Source: Penicillus capitatus | Taxonomy: Eukaryota > Plantae > Chlorophyta | Length of the DNA stretch: 64,000 nt | Direction: 5' to 3' | Assembly (NCBI GenBank): GCA_965649825.1 | Contig: OZ287697.1 | Location: 1,908,351-1,972,350 of the forward strand | Part shown: one piece after another, positions 1 to 11,988 of the stretch | Layout of the letters: every line of letters starts with the position of its first letter | How positions within the stretch are numbered: the first letter of the stretch is position 1 | Notes under the pieces: generated by a model | What the model was told of the DNA's origin: nothing | Databases searched by the model: none | Seen by the model: only the letters and a program-made list of their open reading frames with translations | Program-made: the position numbers and the translations under genes

Positions 1-1
1 T

Positions 2-763
2 ACTGTTTTTCTTAAGGACAGTACCACCTACTACTGGGCTGTTGACACATCACAGGAATGCCTGTCAGGCACACATGCTGTCCTGGCCGGCGTTGCTGGA
101 TTTCCTATCCTCATTCTTTTCTCCATTTCTTTCCCCCTCGTATCTGCCGCCATCCTTCTGACCCGAAGATCGCGAACAACCTTGGTCAACAAGTGGCTTT
201 TTGCCACTGCCGGTTTCATGTATCGATCGTATAGCACGAAGTTTATCTTCTGGGAATCTATTATCATGTTGAGGAAGGCTCTGTTGGCAATTGTCGTTGT
301 GTTTGCTTATCCTTTGGGTGGAAATCTGCAGGGTGTTCTCAGTTCTTGCGTTTTGATCATTGCGCTGTATGTTCAAGCTTACTGCTGTCCTTATCGCAAC
401 GATTACAAGGAACTCAATTTCTATGAAGGTCTCTCTCTTCTGGTCTCGACCCTCACCTTCGTAGCGGGTCTTTTCTTCAATGACACCCGTACCTCCAATA
501 CGAGCCGTATCCTGTTAACGGTCGTTGTCTTTCTCCTGAATGTCGCTTTTCTGCTTTTCTTGGTCATTACCTTTGGACGTAGCTGCATGGACGTGCTCAA
601 GAGAATTCTGGCGTCTAAGGAACCTTATGTATCCGATCCGTCAAACCTTCGCCGTCTGTTGATGGCACATGCCAGGACTCGAATGACAAGAGTCCAAACA
701 TTTCTGGAGAAATTCTCCCGAAACAATTCGATGAGGGAGGAGAGAGAACTCGAGCTCGTCTGA
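2..763 (+). CDS. 3' end of a multi-pass membrane protein (TRP-like C-terminal TM bundle); 5' part lies outside the window
   Basis: Frame open from base 2 to TGA at 763; several hydrophobic helices; YRSYSTKFIFWESIIMLRKALL and CPYR motifs typical of this algal TM domain. Confidence 0.75.
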   Translation, partial: TVFLKDSTTYYWAVDTSQECLSGTHAVLAGVAGFPILILFSISFPLVSAAILLTRRSRTTLVNKWLFATAGFMYRSYSTKFIFWESIIMLRKALLAIVVVFAYPLGGNLQGVLSSCVLIIALYVQAYCCPYRNDYKELNFYEGLSLLVSTLTFVAGLFFNDTRTSNTSRILLTVVVFLLNVAFLLFLVITFGRSCMDVLKRILASKEPYVSDPSNLRRLLMAHARTRMTRVQTFLEKFSRNNSMREERELELV

Positions 764-1468
764 ATCTGTGTGTGGGTTGGTCGATTCTTATAAGGCACGT
801 TTTGCGGGTGTGTGCCAGACTCGATCTATAATTCTCTCTCCTCCGAGTTATTTCAACTCAAGATTTAGTACCGATGTCATTAATCATCTTTTCCTCGATG
901 GTCCAAAGAGAGGCCCATGCATTTTTTCCCCGATGAGTTTAGACGGTCTTCCGATCATGAGACACACTAGGTAGCAATTTCGAGTCGCTCAAGAGACACC
1001 GACTCACGGTTGATCTATCTATTCATACCCCCGTCACCTCAGAGACTTTTTTATTCTCTTATTTGTTCAGGAATGCACTGTGTCGTACATTACATTCTAG
1101 AGCTGTTACGGTTTCCGCGACATCTGCCTTTGTCAAGACCGGTTGATACATACATGTGTGACAACATTCTTTGCTGTTTGTTGGGGTGCTACTTAATGCG
1201 TTGTCCCATTCGTACATCGCTGTCTTGTCTACCCTCAACCTACGGACGTCACGTCGCCGTTCATTTCGATCGATCGCGGCGTCATGCGTTGTGACGTTGA
1301 TCGATCGAACCGCGAAAGAAGATCGGAATCATCGTCCGGCTGGCCAACGTTCCTCCTGGCAGCTCGCCGCACGTCGTGTCCATCACGGAGGCGCCGTTGT
1401 CGCACCACCGTCTTCCGTTTTCTTGCCGACGTGCGTCTCGCCACGTTTCGCTGTCCGATCCTTCTCCG

Positions 1469-3870
1469 ATGACGAAGGTGCGACATCGTCGTCCGTCGGT
1501 CCTGGCGACTGGCCCAGTACCGTCCCTCAATGCGACACCGCGAAACCTGTCTGGCGTAGAAACGCAAGCAGCACGACCGTGTATCGGCCGCCAACAGGCG
1601 ACTGAGGAAGCAGCACATGATATCTTCTGTGCTCGCGACGAACGGTAAATCGCACAGCGGCTGCTTCGCGCACTTGGTGGCGTGACATGGTTGTCTGGAG
1701 CGCAGAGATGGCGGCGTCGAGTGCCTTTGGCGTTCTCAATCGACCCAACGGAAAATGGCGCGAACTGGGAGTTCGGATTCGATTCGAGCTGGAACTCGGA
1801 ACGAAGATGGTTGAGCGAGTGACGCGTCTGGCGCACGTCGAATTCTATGTAGCCTATCGTGCCGCCGTGGTAGCGGAAGAGCAGCGCGTTCAAGAGAGAA
1901 AGGAAGAGTTGGAGATCACTGGTCAAGGCACAAACCCAGTGCCGCGGCCAACAGACAAAGCGCTCACGGTCGTTCCTTATCCTTCCCTCGACGATCTGCT
2001 GCATTTCGTCTTGCAGTACATGATAGAGAACGGACTACTGTGTAACCAGGAGATCTTTCTCGGCCATGTCCCCGGCGTCAACATCGGAGACACGTTCAAT
2101 TACAAGCACGTGCATCGTGGCGTTATTCTTACGCTCGACATTCGATGCTGTGTAGAGTCCAGATGAAAGTGGTTGGACTGCATCGGCTCGTGATGGCCGG
2201 GATCGATTACGTGCCAGCCAACTACATCCGAGAGAATAGCCCGTCTCTTGCCGTGAGCGAACGTGCCTTCACGATGGACGTGTGGGACGAGGCAGAGTCT
2301 TTGCTGTAGATTTCGATTGTCTTGGCCGGCGGCTATGAAGATGACAAAGACGACGATGCCGAACTCATCTACACAGGACAAGGCGGAAACGATCTGCTCG
2401 GCAACCGTGCCCAGATCGGCGATCAGAAGCTCGATCGGGGAAATCTGGCATTGTATAACAATGCCGTCTATGGTGTGCCTGTCAGAGTGATTAAGAAAAA
2501 CGACAGAATCTTTATCTATGACGGTCTATGGGACGTACTGCAGATGATCAAGGTCGATTCCAGGCGATCTCGGCGACAGTCGCTGACAATAGTGCTTGCA
2601 GAAACGAGGCATCGAGGGGTACTACATCTATCAGTATCGATTACGAAGGTGTCCAGGACAGGAGCCGTCTTTGGCGAGGAAAGTGGCATTCAAGGAAGGG
2701 CAGAACTACCGTCACCCAGATTCCATCGGCTTTTCAGATCCAGACGAGATTTGTCCTGGTACAGCCGCCACATAGATGTTCATCTGATCTCAGAGCCGAT
2801 GTTCTGCGTCGAGATTTTACTCGAGGGGTCAATTCCAAAGCCGTTTCCGTCGCTAACAAAGTGGACGCCGAGTTGCCACCTGGGTTGAAGCTCGAAGATC
2901 TGCACGAGGATGTTCGGGTCATGAAGAGGTGGAGACCATCAACTGACCCGTTTGAATTCGGCGTGAAAATGCGATTGCACCACAACGTACCGGAACCGAC
3001 GGTCCCTCACGAAATTACCGAAGCCTCCAGCGAGGATCCACACAAATATCTTATGAAGCTTAATCACGGGTGACCACGACTGGCGATGCAGGCATTGCAT
3101 ATCCAGGATATGCGTTTCTAGATTTCTTCCTTACCAAGACAAAGGAACCCTGCATCATGCGATGTGTATTCTGTACGAGTGCGGCGCGTGGCTGCGCTGC
3201 AAAGATGGGCAGAAATGCCGTCAGTGCATTACATCCCATCCACCAAAATGGCGATTTCAGGTTCGCAGATCGCATCGTGATCGCTTTCGCATTTCGACCA
3301 TCGCTCAGATATTTAAGACGGCCAACAGAGGGTGGGGACTGAAGACGCTCGATCTCATTCCTGTCGGCAGTTTCGTCATGAAGTATATCGGCGCAGTACA
3401 TCGTGTGGAAGATCTGCCGCCGGACGATGTTTTTTCGTTCAACATGACGGAGCGACCGGACTACACAGACGATCACAAGTCTCACTCTCACTCTTTTGCA
3501 TCGGATGTGTCACTCTTTTCAGATGGCTGCCCACTGCCCGACACGTGGAAGCGGTGTATGGAGTGACGGGACGATACTATGGAAACCTCTTTCGCTTCAT
3601 CAACCATAGCTGTGATCCGAATTGCTTCATCCAGCCGGTGCTGTCACATCATCTCGATCGTTCCAGGCCAGATATCAACATCTTTGCCATGCGAACCGTT
3701 TTCCCAGGGGAGGAAATCTCCTACGACTACGGACAGTATCAAACGACGTCTCTTGACACAGACTTCTCAATTTCGACCCTTTCAGGGACTACGTGGAAAA
3801 ATGGCTGGGCAATGATTGCAGATGTGGAGCTGCCTGTTGTTCGAAGCGTGACGTTAAGGTGGAATCATGA
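1469..3870 (+). CDS. SUVH: SRA/YDG-SET histone H3K9 methyltransferase, KYP/SUVH4-like (multi-exon; start codon uncertain)
   Basis: Spliced: GHVPGVNIGDTFNYKVQMKVVGLH..AGIDY, GGYEDDKD..LIYTGQGG (SRA); FKTANRGWGL, RFINHSCDPN, EISYDYG (SET); CRCGAACC (post-SET); stop TGA 3870. Confidence 0.92.
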
Positions 3871-4062
3871 AGAACATCTCGCGATGCATGATGTGACGTC
3901 TGAACTTCTCAGTATCCACTGTAGCCTTTCACAAGCGAGCAGGACTGTCTTCATCTCTGTTTACCATACGCATCTACACCGCGCCAATCAACGACCGAAT
4001 ATAAGAACGCTCTCTCGCCGTCCAATTACTGGACAAGCTCCTTCGTGTTCTCCGCGTGTCTC

Positions 4063-7000
4063 ATGAGGAGTTCTTGTTCGCGACTCTTCTTTCTTTCTCT
4101 ACTGGCGGCTCTCTATGTGACTCCCTTTCGAGCCTATGAGCAGAGCACGTCCACGCGAGACAGGTCTCACCAAATAAGCACTTCTGCACCGTATCTAAGC
4201 ATAGGCTACGTGTGGACAGATTGTCCGTTTCCTTACCCTTGCCGACTGTCGACGCACGATGGGGTCTGCTGAAAACGCACGGTCAGATTCTGATCACTCT
4301 TGATACGGCATTCTACAGAGAGGCGGAGGACGAGTGAGTGAGAAAGAGTGAGAATATAGGGGACTCGATGTTGGGTGATGATGATGTAGCGTACTGTTGT
4401 GGATGCGGCGGAAAGGAGGCCGATTCCTGCACACCATTCCGAAAGCGTCTTTGCTTTTTCTCGCAGATCCGACTCTGATAGAAGCTGCCAAGAAGCTCCC
4501 ACACGTTCAGTCCGTGGTCCGATCAGCCCTCTCCTCTTGTGTATGACCTCACGGGTCCTGTCTTTTCAGTCGCTCTACGACACGGCCGCCAAAATAGCGA
4601 AGACATGGCAACCCGTGTTCGAAGCGCTGGAGAATCATCCCGTGGAGTTTCTGGCAATGACGCCTTTGCACGATCTCGCTCTTTCCGAAGGGCATCCGTT
4701 CTTAGGCCAACTCTTCATCGATCAAACAGGTCACCCATTCACAGGCGCTCTCTTCTCCAAGACTGTGCGACAGGATCCACCGATCGCCTTGTGATTGAAG
4801 TGGGTTTCCCTCTCCTCCACAAAACCGCCGTGGACAACGAGGACGAGAATTACCGTCCGGCTCAGGCTGCCGCGGCAGATTGGTTGATACCTTTGAGAGA
4901 GCGCTTTGGACGGGACATTGATATGGAGCCCTTTCACCGACTGGTCGACATCTACGCTCCTCCGTCCATCGTGCCAGATCTCTTGGCTTGGCTGTCGGAG
5001 CAGAGCGCCGTGCATTGGCTGCAGCCCAAGACACGTATGACGATACATAACTGGCGGGCCAGTGGGATCATTCAGTCCGGCATTGCCCCTACAGAAGAGT
5101 CTGCCGCCATCGATGACGCCATCCATCCCATCTGGGCGGCCGGGATCCAAGGAGAAGGCCAGATTGTCGGCTGCGGCGATTCCGGCGTCGATGTTGACAG
5201 TTGTTTCTTCTACGATCCAGATCTCTCGATCTCCGATAACATTGAGAATTCAGCAGAGGCGCCGACAAGGATAACGGTCTCACTCTTCTTCGACAACGAC
5301 AAGCATCGAAAAATCCGCTACTACGGAAGCGCCTCAGATTTTTCAGATGGCGATGGTCACGGAACGCATGTGGCCGGAACACTCGTGGGCAATCCTTACA
5401 AGTCCCGTGACACGATGGCCGTCGCCAATCGCGGTATGGCACCAGAAGCCCGACTGGCTTTTCTGGATCTAGGCAGAAATTCGGGCACCAATACGTCCGA
5501 TTCGATTTACACGCCACAAGAGCTCTCTACGTATTACTATCCCATTACGTACGATAAAGGTGTTCGGATTCATTCCGACTCGTGGGGATCAAGCACGGCC
5601 GAGTATGATCATCTGGCTCAAGAGGTGGACAAATTTGCGTATGATCATCCGGATTTTCTTCCGATCTTTGCGGCTGGGAACTACGGTCAGTTGTCGTTTC
5701 GATATCTGACCACTGTCACATCACCTGCCGTGGCGAAGAACTGTATTTCGGTGGGCGCCACCCTCACCTCCAATCAACCAAGTAGTTTTTCAAACGACGA
5801 TATCGAAGCCTACCTCATCCAGATTCGCATCTCGGTTGCAGAGAGTGCGTCACCTCTTCGTACGGCATTTGGATATGATGTGACAGGTGTTATGTACAGG
5901 CGATGACGAAATGCGACAGTACAAGATTCTGGCGGCTGGCTTTGGCAAGAGCTGGGGGCGCCTGATCGAACAGAGCGCAGAAGAAGAGATTCCGTTGATT
6001 CGTGGCACACCACAAGCGGGATGCAGTACACTGAGCAGTGCCGTACGTGGGAAGATCGTGCTCGTCAGCCGAGGCGGCTGTCAATTCGTGCAAAAACTCA
6101 AGAACGCACAAGCCAAAGGTGCCCTTGGCATCATCGTAGGGAATAACGCCAACAATGGCTACTTCGAAATGGACCGACCGGATGACACGCCAGACTCAGA
6201 ACTGACGATTCCCATTGCATCGGTGCCGTTGTCTGTCAGCCGACAGTTACTCGAAGTACTGGACGCCAAACGCCAGACGACGCTGCGTGTCATGGAGAGA
6301 ACGGTGCCGGCGAATGCCTACGACAACATTGCGGATTTTTCGTCCAGTGGACCGACGATCGATTACCGCATCAAACCCGACATCGTGGCACCGGGTCGCA
6401 TCACTTCTGTCTGGGGAGATGGGTCGAAGCACAATGCCCCTGGACAGTGTCTTCTCAAAACGAGCTCCGGAACGTCGATGGCGACACCTGTAGTGGCAGG
6501 AGCGGCTGTTCTTGTCCGGCAGTACTTTACAGACGGATTCTACCCATCAGGCAAAAAGAATCCGAAAAACGCCTACCAGCCATCGGCAGCATTGATCAAA
6601 GCGACGCTGCTAGGCGGGGCGTTTCCAATGGACGGTTACACGGAGGCAGGGCTGCCGTTAGAACCGCCGCCATCTCCGCGACAAGGTTTTGGACGGGTGT
6701 ATCTCGAGACGTCGATTCCGGTGGTCGGATCACAGAAATGGAAAGAGGGTTGGCGACTGCAGGTCATCGATCGGGCAAGTTTAGCAAGGGACGCGTCGCA
6801 CGAGTACTGTGTCAGTGCCTTGGGTGGACCCATCCGGATCACCCTCGTCTGGACCGATCCGCCTGCCCTTGTCCAAGCCAACAGCTTTCTTGTGAACGAT
6901 CTCGATCTGTCCGTCCGTTCGGCTGGCCTCAAAGGACGGGTCCTATTGGGAAACGGTGTGCAGGATCGGGTGAACAACGTCGAACGTGTGCACGTCGATG

Positions 7001-9992
7001 ACATGCCGAAAGGAAATCTGGCCATTGTTGTCGAAGCGGCCAATATTGCTTCGGCCTACCAAATACAGTCCTATGCCTTGGTCGTTCAGGGACACTTCAA
7101 TGGCATTCTGCAGAGCGCTTACAATCCGTATCAGTCAGAGACGCCATCGGCTGCAGAGATGTGCATCATCACGCTGGCCGAGCTCACATCGGGTCCAGAT
7201 GGACCCACAAACAGCAGCCGTCCAGAATTCACCTTTACGACGAAATCGGGCGTCCAGCCTGTCAATGGATTCGAATGCAAGCTGACAGATGCCGAAGGAG
7301 CAAAGGAAGGCGCAAACGCCGCACTGCATGACTGGAAAGAATGTTCCAGTCCGTGGAAATATAATGATCTTCCAGACATGGTACAGTCCCCTTTCCCCCC
7401 CTCCTTGGACAGAAACCATGTGTTGCAGGCGTATACCTTTACGGTGCGGCCGAAGAACGAAGACGTCGAAGAGAAGAGGGAATTCATTGTGGATACCGAA
7501 GCTCCGGTGACGTCGATCGAAGGGGATCCCATTGCCGAGACCTCGGCACAAGAAACCGTGCAGTTTCAGTTCTCTGCGACAGATCTGACGACCGTCACCT
7601 TTCATTGCAAGCTGACGCTGGATGGACCGCGGACAGATGTGCAGATCGCACGGGAGAAGACACAAGAGCGTGATCTTCGTCTGGATACATGGTTCCGTTG
7701 CACATCGCCCGAGATCTTTCATGGACTGACATATGGCAACTGGAAATTCAGCGTCAGGGCAAAGGACGAAGCAGGAAACGCAAACGTGAGATTGCTTTCT
7801 CGCAAGAGAGCAATCAGCGTTACGTAAACGGTCTGTTCTTTAGGAGGATGTCACATCACATTCATGGAAGATTGCGTTCTCGCCCGATCGTTATTATGTC
7901 CGAACGATCGATGCCCCACTGGCTGTCACATCATCTCCAAATGTCACTTTCGAGATGAGAGTCATGACAGGTAGCGGCGCTTCATGCTCATGCGATCTGT
8001 ACGACAACTGGATGCCTTGCAGGAGATATCGAAGGACTGCCGGTGGCTTTGGACGGCGAAGCGATCGAATGCCGTCTGTTGGCTGCAGATCAAGAAACTC
8101 CGTTCCGTAACTGCTCACGGACAACCAAAATGAACAGCAATCCAGACGGGCGCTTTACCTTCGAGGCACGGACACGGGATACAAAGGGACATGACTTGGA
8201 GGGGCGTCCGACCCATTCGCATACCATTGTTCATTTCTCCATCGACAGCACGGCGCCTGTCATCTCCTTCTTGGAGAGGCCGGACACCTATCATAGCGAT
8301 AGCGACGTGATGTTGCAGTTCGAATCGAACGAGAACGTTTCCAAATATGAATGCTCGATGACGCCACGTGCAGAGGACAAGAGATTCAATCAGTGCCCAG
8401 GAACGGATCCGGGAACCGTAGATTATCATCTGGACGACGGATGGTATACGTTTCAAGTCAGGGGCCAAGATCTTGCGGGAAACAACGGATACTCTGAAGA
8501 GATCACATTCAACATCGATTCTCTCCCACCACAAATCTGTAAGGCGATCGACCCAGGCGAAAATCTCCTGCTCAAATGCTGTCCCCTGTGTGCAGTGTTT
8601 TGGGCGCCAGCTCAGTTTGCCACCAACCAGAGGAATGTGTTCTTTGAGTTCGAGGTCAAGGACAAAGGATCCGGCGTTGTCACGGAGAACAACACCTGTT
8701 ACTTGCTTGATGAAAAGACAGGCGACCGGATAGTCTACCCGGCAGGAAACTGCACATCACCGATGGAGTTTGAATTGGAGGAGGGACGATATCTCTTCAC
8801 GTTTGTGGCGACCGACAGAGCAGGACAAATCGGCGAAAAGGTAGGTGGATGACCACAGTGCCCCCCCAGCGGAGACCCGTGTGTCTTGTTGGTAGGATCT
8901 GCCCATCATCGTCGACTTCACGCCGCCTTCGGTGACATGGAAGTCGACCCTGTCTACCAATGACGCTCTTCCGTCCTTTGTGGTGTTTCGGTTCGAAGGA
9001 TCGGACGAACCGAAAGACATTGCCTCGCTGGTCACCGCTTTTGAATGCAAACTGGATCGGCAAGATGGGGCTTCGACCGTGTCAGAAACCCAACCCGTCG
9101 AGTAAGGCATCATTCTGCCCATCTTGCTGAGAGAACAGATTGTCCCTCTCGTCTAGACTGGCTCCGAACGAAAGACGTCGGATGCTGCAGGTGAAGCAGC
9201 CTGTCACATCACGACATCTAACCGAAGGGAACGTCACATCAGCTGACGATCTCGATCACAAGCCGCGCACGATCCAAATCCGAGACGGCGCCGTCGTGGT
9301 GTTGGGTTCCTGGGTCGACTGTGAGGATCCCGTTATTCTAACGGGCATGTCCTCCGGGAGATACGCTTTCCGTGTCCGTGCCATCGACCACGCCGGCAAT
9401 ACAGGAAAACCGACAGATACGGTCCTCTTTACCGTAGACGATACGTTGCCCATTCCCGGCGAAGATGACGACGAAACATCGTCGTCGGACGTCGAGATCT
9501 CGCAATCTCTTTTGCTGGTCCTCTCGGGCGCCAGTCTGCTCTTCGTCTTGTGTATGTGTGTCGTCGTCGGGTGCTGGCGACAGCGATCGCGACGTCGCCG
9601 GATCGAGAAAGAGAACGCCAGAGCATCGGGCCTGGACAGAGAACCGTCCATCCCTCGTCATCTTCGCCAGCAGGAAATGACGGCGTCCACCACTTCTTCG
9701 GCAGATCCAATGCTGGCCGTTGCCATAAAAGTAGCGAGCGACCTCAAAAAAGACGAACGCATCTCTACTGCTATCCATCTAGGCATCTCTACAGGAACAG
9801 AGGAACGAGGAGGAGCAGCGTAGGCACGTGAATGAAGCCGTCGATGCTCAGAGAATGCAGATGGCCATGCAGCAGAGTCTGGAACAATATCAATACCAAA
9901 GCGCAGTGGAGAAATCTCTTTACGGTAGGCTCTTCGGCCAAAGACGCCTATCATTGCTCACTCGCTTGTCTTCTGTCTTGACAGATTCGTGA
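4063..9992 (+). CDS. Type-I membrane subtilase (S8, KP-43/TagC-like): signal peptide, PA domain, jelly-roll, Ig-like repeats, TM helix, cytosolic tail (multi-exon)
   Basis: Signal peptide MRSSCSRLFFLSLLAALYV; catalytic DSG, HGTHVAG, AAGN, SGTSMATP; PA domain GKIVLVSRGGCQF; D.AGN...D..PP repeats; TM LLLVLSGASLLFVLCMCVVVG; spliced tail ends YDS-TGA at 9992. Confidence 0.92.
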
Positions 9993-10550
9993 TTCTGGAA
10001 GCGTGACATTGTTCCGTGCTTCGGAGGCGGCGCTCAAGCTCCGACGGTCGACTATATGCTCACTACGGTTCTTCTGAAGAATATCGTGTATTCTTTCTGT
10101 GGGCTATCTTTGTAATAATGCAGATCCTCCTGTTCTTTTGCCTGGATATGTTTCATCGCGAGGGCAGCCATCGTCGAGAGCATGACAGTGACAGCAGCGA
10201 TGGTATGGAAGATCGGGCCAGAACATTCCTGCCGATGAATGGCAGAAGGACGGCCAACGGCAACGCGTCTTTCTCAGTACAGACCGATTTCGCCTGTCTT
10301 CTCTGACAGCACGCAAACGCGCCTGTCTCGCTCGGCGATGCACCTCTCGTCTGTTGGCAGATCTATCTGCAGTAGTTTTTGACCGTTCAGACGGCAAAAC
10401 GAGAAAACGGCGTTTCGCGTTGCGTCGATCCGACACGTCCGAGACTTGTTCGACGCGTAGGAACGATTTATGTTAAGAACTTCATCCTGCCGCGACGACA
10501 TCACTGTTTAGCTTTAGCACCAACGTGACATTTCTATTATTCCCAAAGTT

Positions 10551-11988
10551 ATGGAGCGAAAATTTTCTGCAGAGAACAACAGTACATCAGATACTCGAAT
10601 TCCTGAGCTCTTTCAGCTGAAGTTTACCTACAGTAGAAGACAACGAGAGGGAGATGCGTTCGCCACTCTCGGAGACATCGACCGCGGTGCCGTGAGCGAC
10701 GAAATCTCTTCGTTACTCGAAGAGCCGTACTTCCTCGAACGCGTTCTACGACAGTGCCCACCCGAGACTTTGCGCAGCTGTCGACGCGTTTGCCGAAGAT
10801 GGAGGGATGCATCGCGACAACTCCCTCTGGCAATGAGCGAGAGGCACTGGTGGAGGACAGCCGATCTGCTGGAATGCTTCCCCAACGCCGCTTCTGTATC
10901 CATTCAGCTGTTAGATGACGAACATCCGAAAGACGTCATACAGAACTTGGCAGCTGCAAAGAATCTAGAGAGTCTGAGATTACGGTCGTGGAAACCGTGG
11001 ACGAACATGCACGGTGTTTCGTTCCACCTCACCGCCTTCAAGAAATTGAGAGACCTGAATCTGGAGTGGTGCAATGAGGAACAGGGCTCAGATGTGTTTA
11101 CCGCCCTGGGTGCGCTCACCCGTCTGACCTGTTTGAGGATAAGCTCTGTGGCGGGACAACTCAGCGACCTGCAGCACCTCGATGACCTGCAGCACCTTGA
11201 GCAACTCGATCTGCAGTTTCTGTTCATAGAGAAACCCGAAGAGCAGGTCGTCCTGCCGTTTATGCCTTCCTTGACACAGCTGTCCATCGGCACCACCTAT
11301 GCGGCAGGCATCGAATCGGAACTCAATGTTCTGAAGGTCGATACCCACGATCTCTGTGCTGCACTCAGTTGCTGTTGTGTAGATGATCGCCCCCTACGCA
11401 TCGACGCTGCGTTATCTGCGTCTCAGCGAGATCCACATGTCCAGTCCCATTCAGGATTTCTCTCTCCTGGGGTCGTTCAAGAATCTCGAACACTTTAGCT
11501 TTCACTGCAGCTACAGTGATGCAGAATTGGAAGAGGGGACGCATTTTTTCCATGCGCTTCATCAATTGCAAGGCATCAAGACGCTCGAGCTCTATACAGG
11601 TGCCTGTCGCTCTTCTGTCGTTCTGGATGCCGTCTCGCGCATGACCAATCTGCAGTGTCTCTCCTACCAGCCTCTATTGATGGAATCTAACAGTGGCCCC
11701 GTTCCCAAATTGTCCACGCTGTCGCAATTGACACATTTTTCACTGAGTTGCGCACCTGCTGGATTCTCATTGGATGGATTAACGAAACTCATTGAACTCG
11801 GTGTCCAAAACTGTGCGCAGAATATCGTAGGTTTAGAAGCGGCATTATGTACGATGTCAAGCCTGGAGAGGCTCTCTCTGGGATTTGATGAAGCCTCTGG
11901 CACTACGATCTCCAGTCGCATCCTGCCACATCTCAAGAACTTGAAATCTTTTCAGCTCTGCGGGGCGATGCTGGACTTTAGTCAATAA
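10551..11988 (+). CDS. F-box-like/leucine-rich repeat protein (copy 1, 3' end apparently truncated)
   Basis: ISSLLEEPYFLERVLRQC..LRSCRRVCRRW followed by LxxLxxLxL repeats; one intron near 11336-11380. Confidence 0.8.

Noticed and set aside
9584-9592. HIP1-like GCGATCGC palindrome
   Set aside because: The full octamer is rare here. The CGATCG core is better explained by general CG richness.
10016-10504. Small ORFs on both strands between the subtilase and F-box copy 1
   Set aside because: The plus ORF lacks an ATG start. A minus-strand two-exon TM peptide is conceivable but unsupported.
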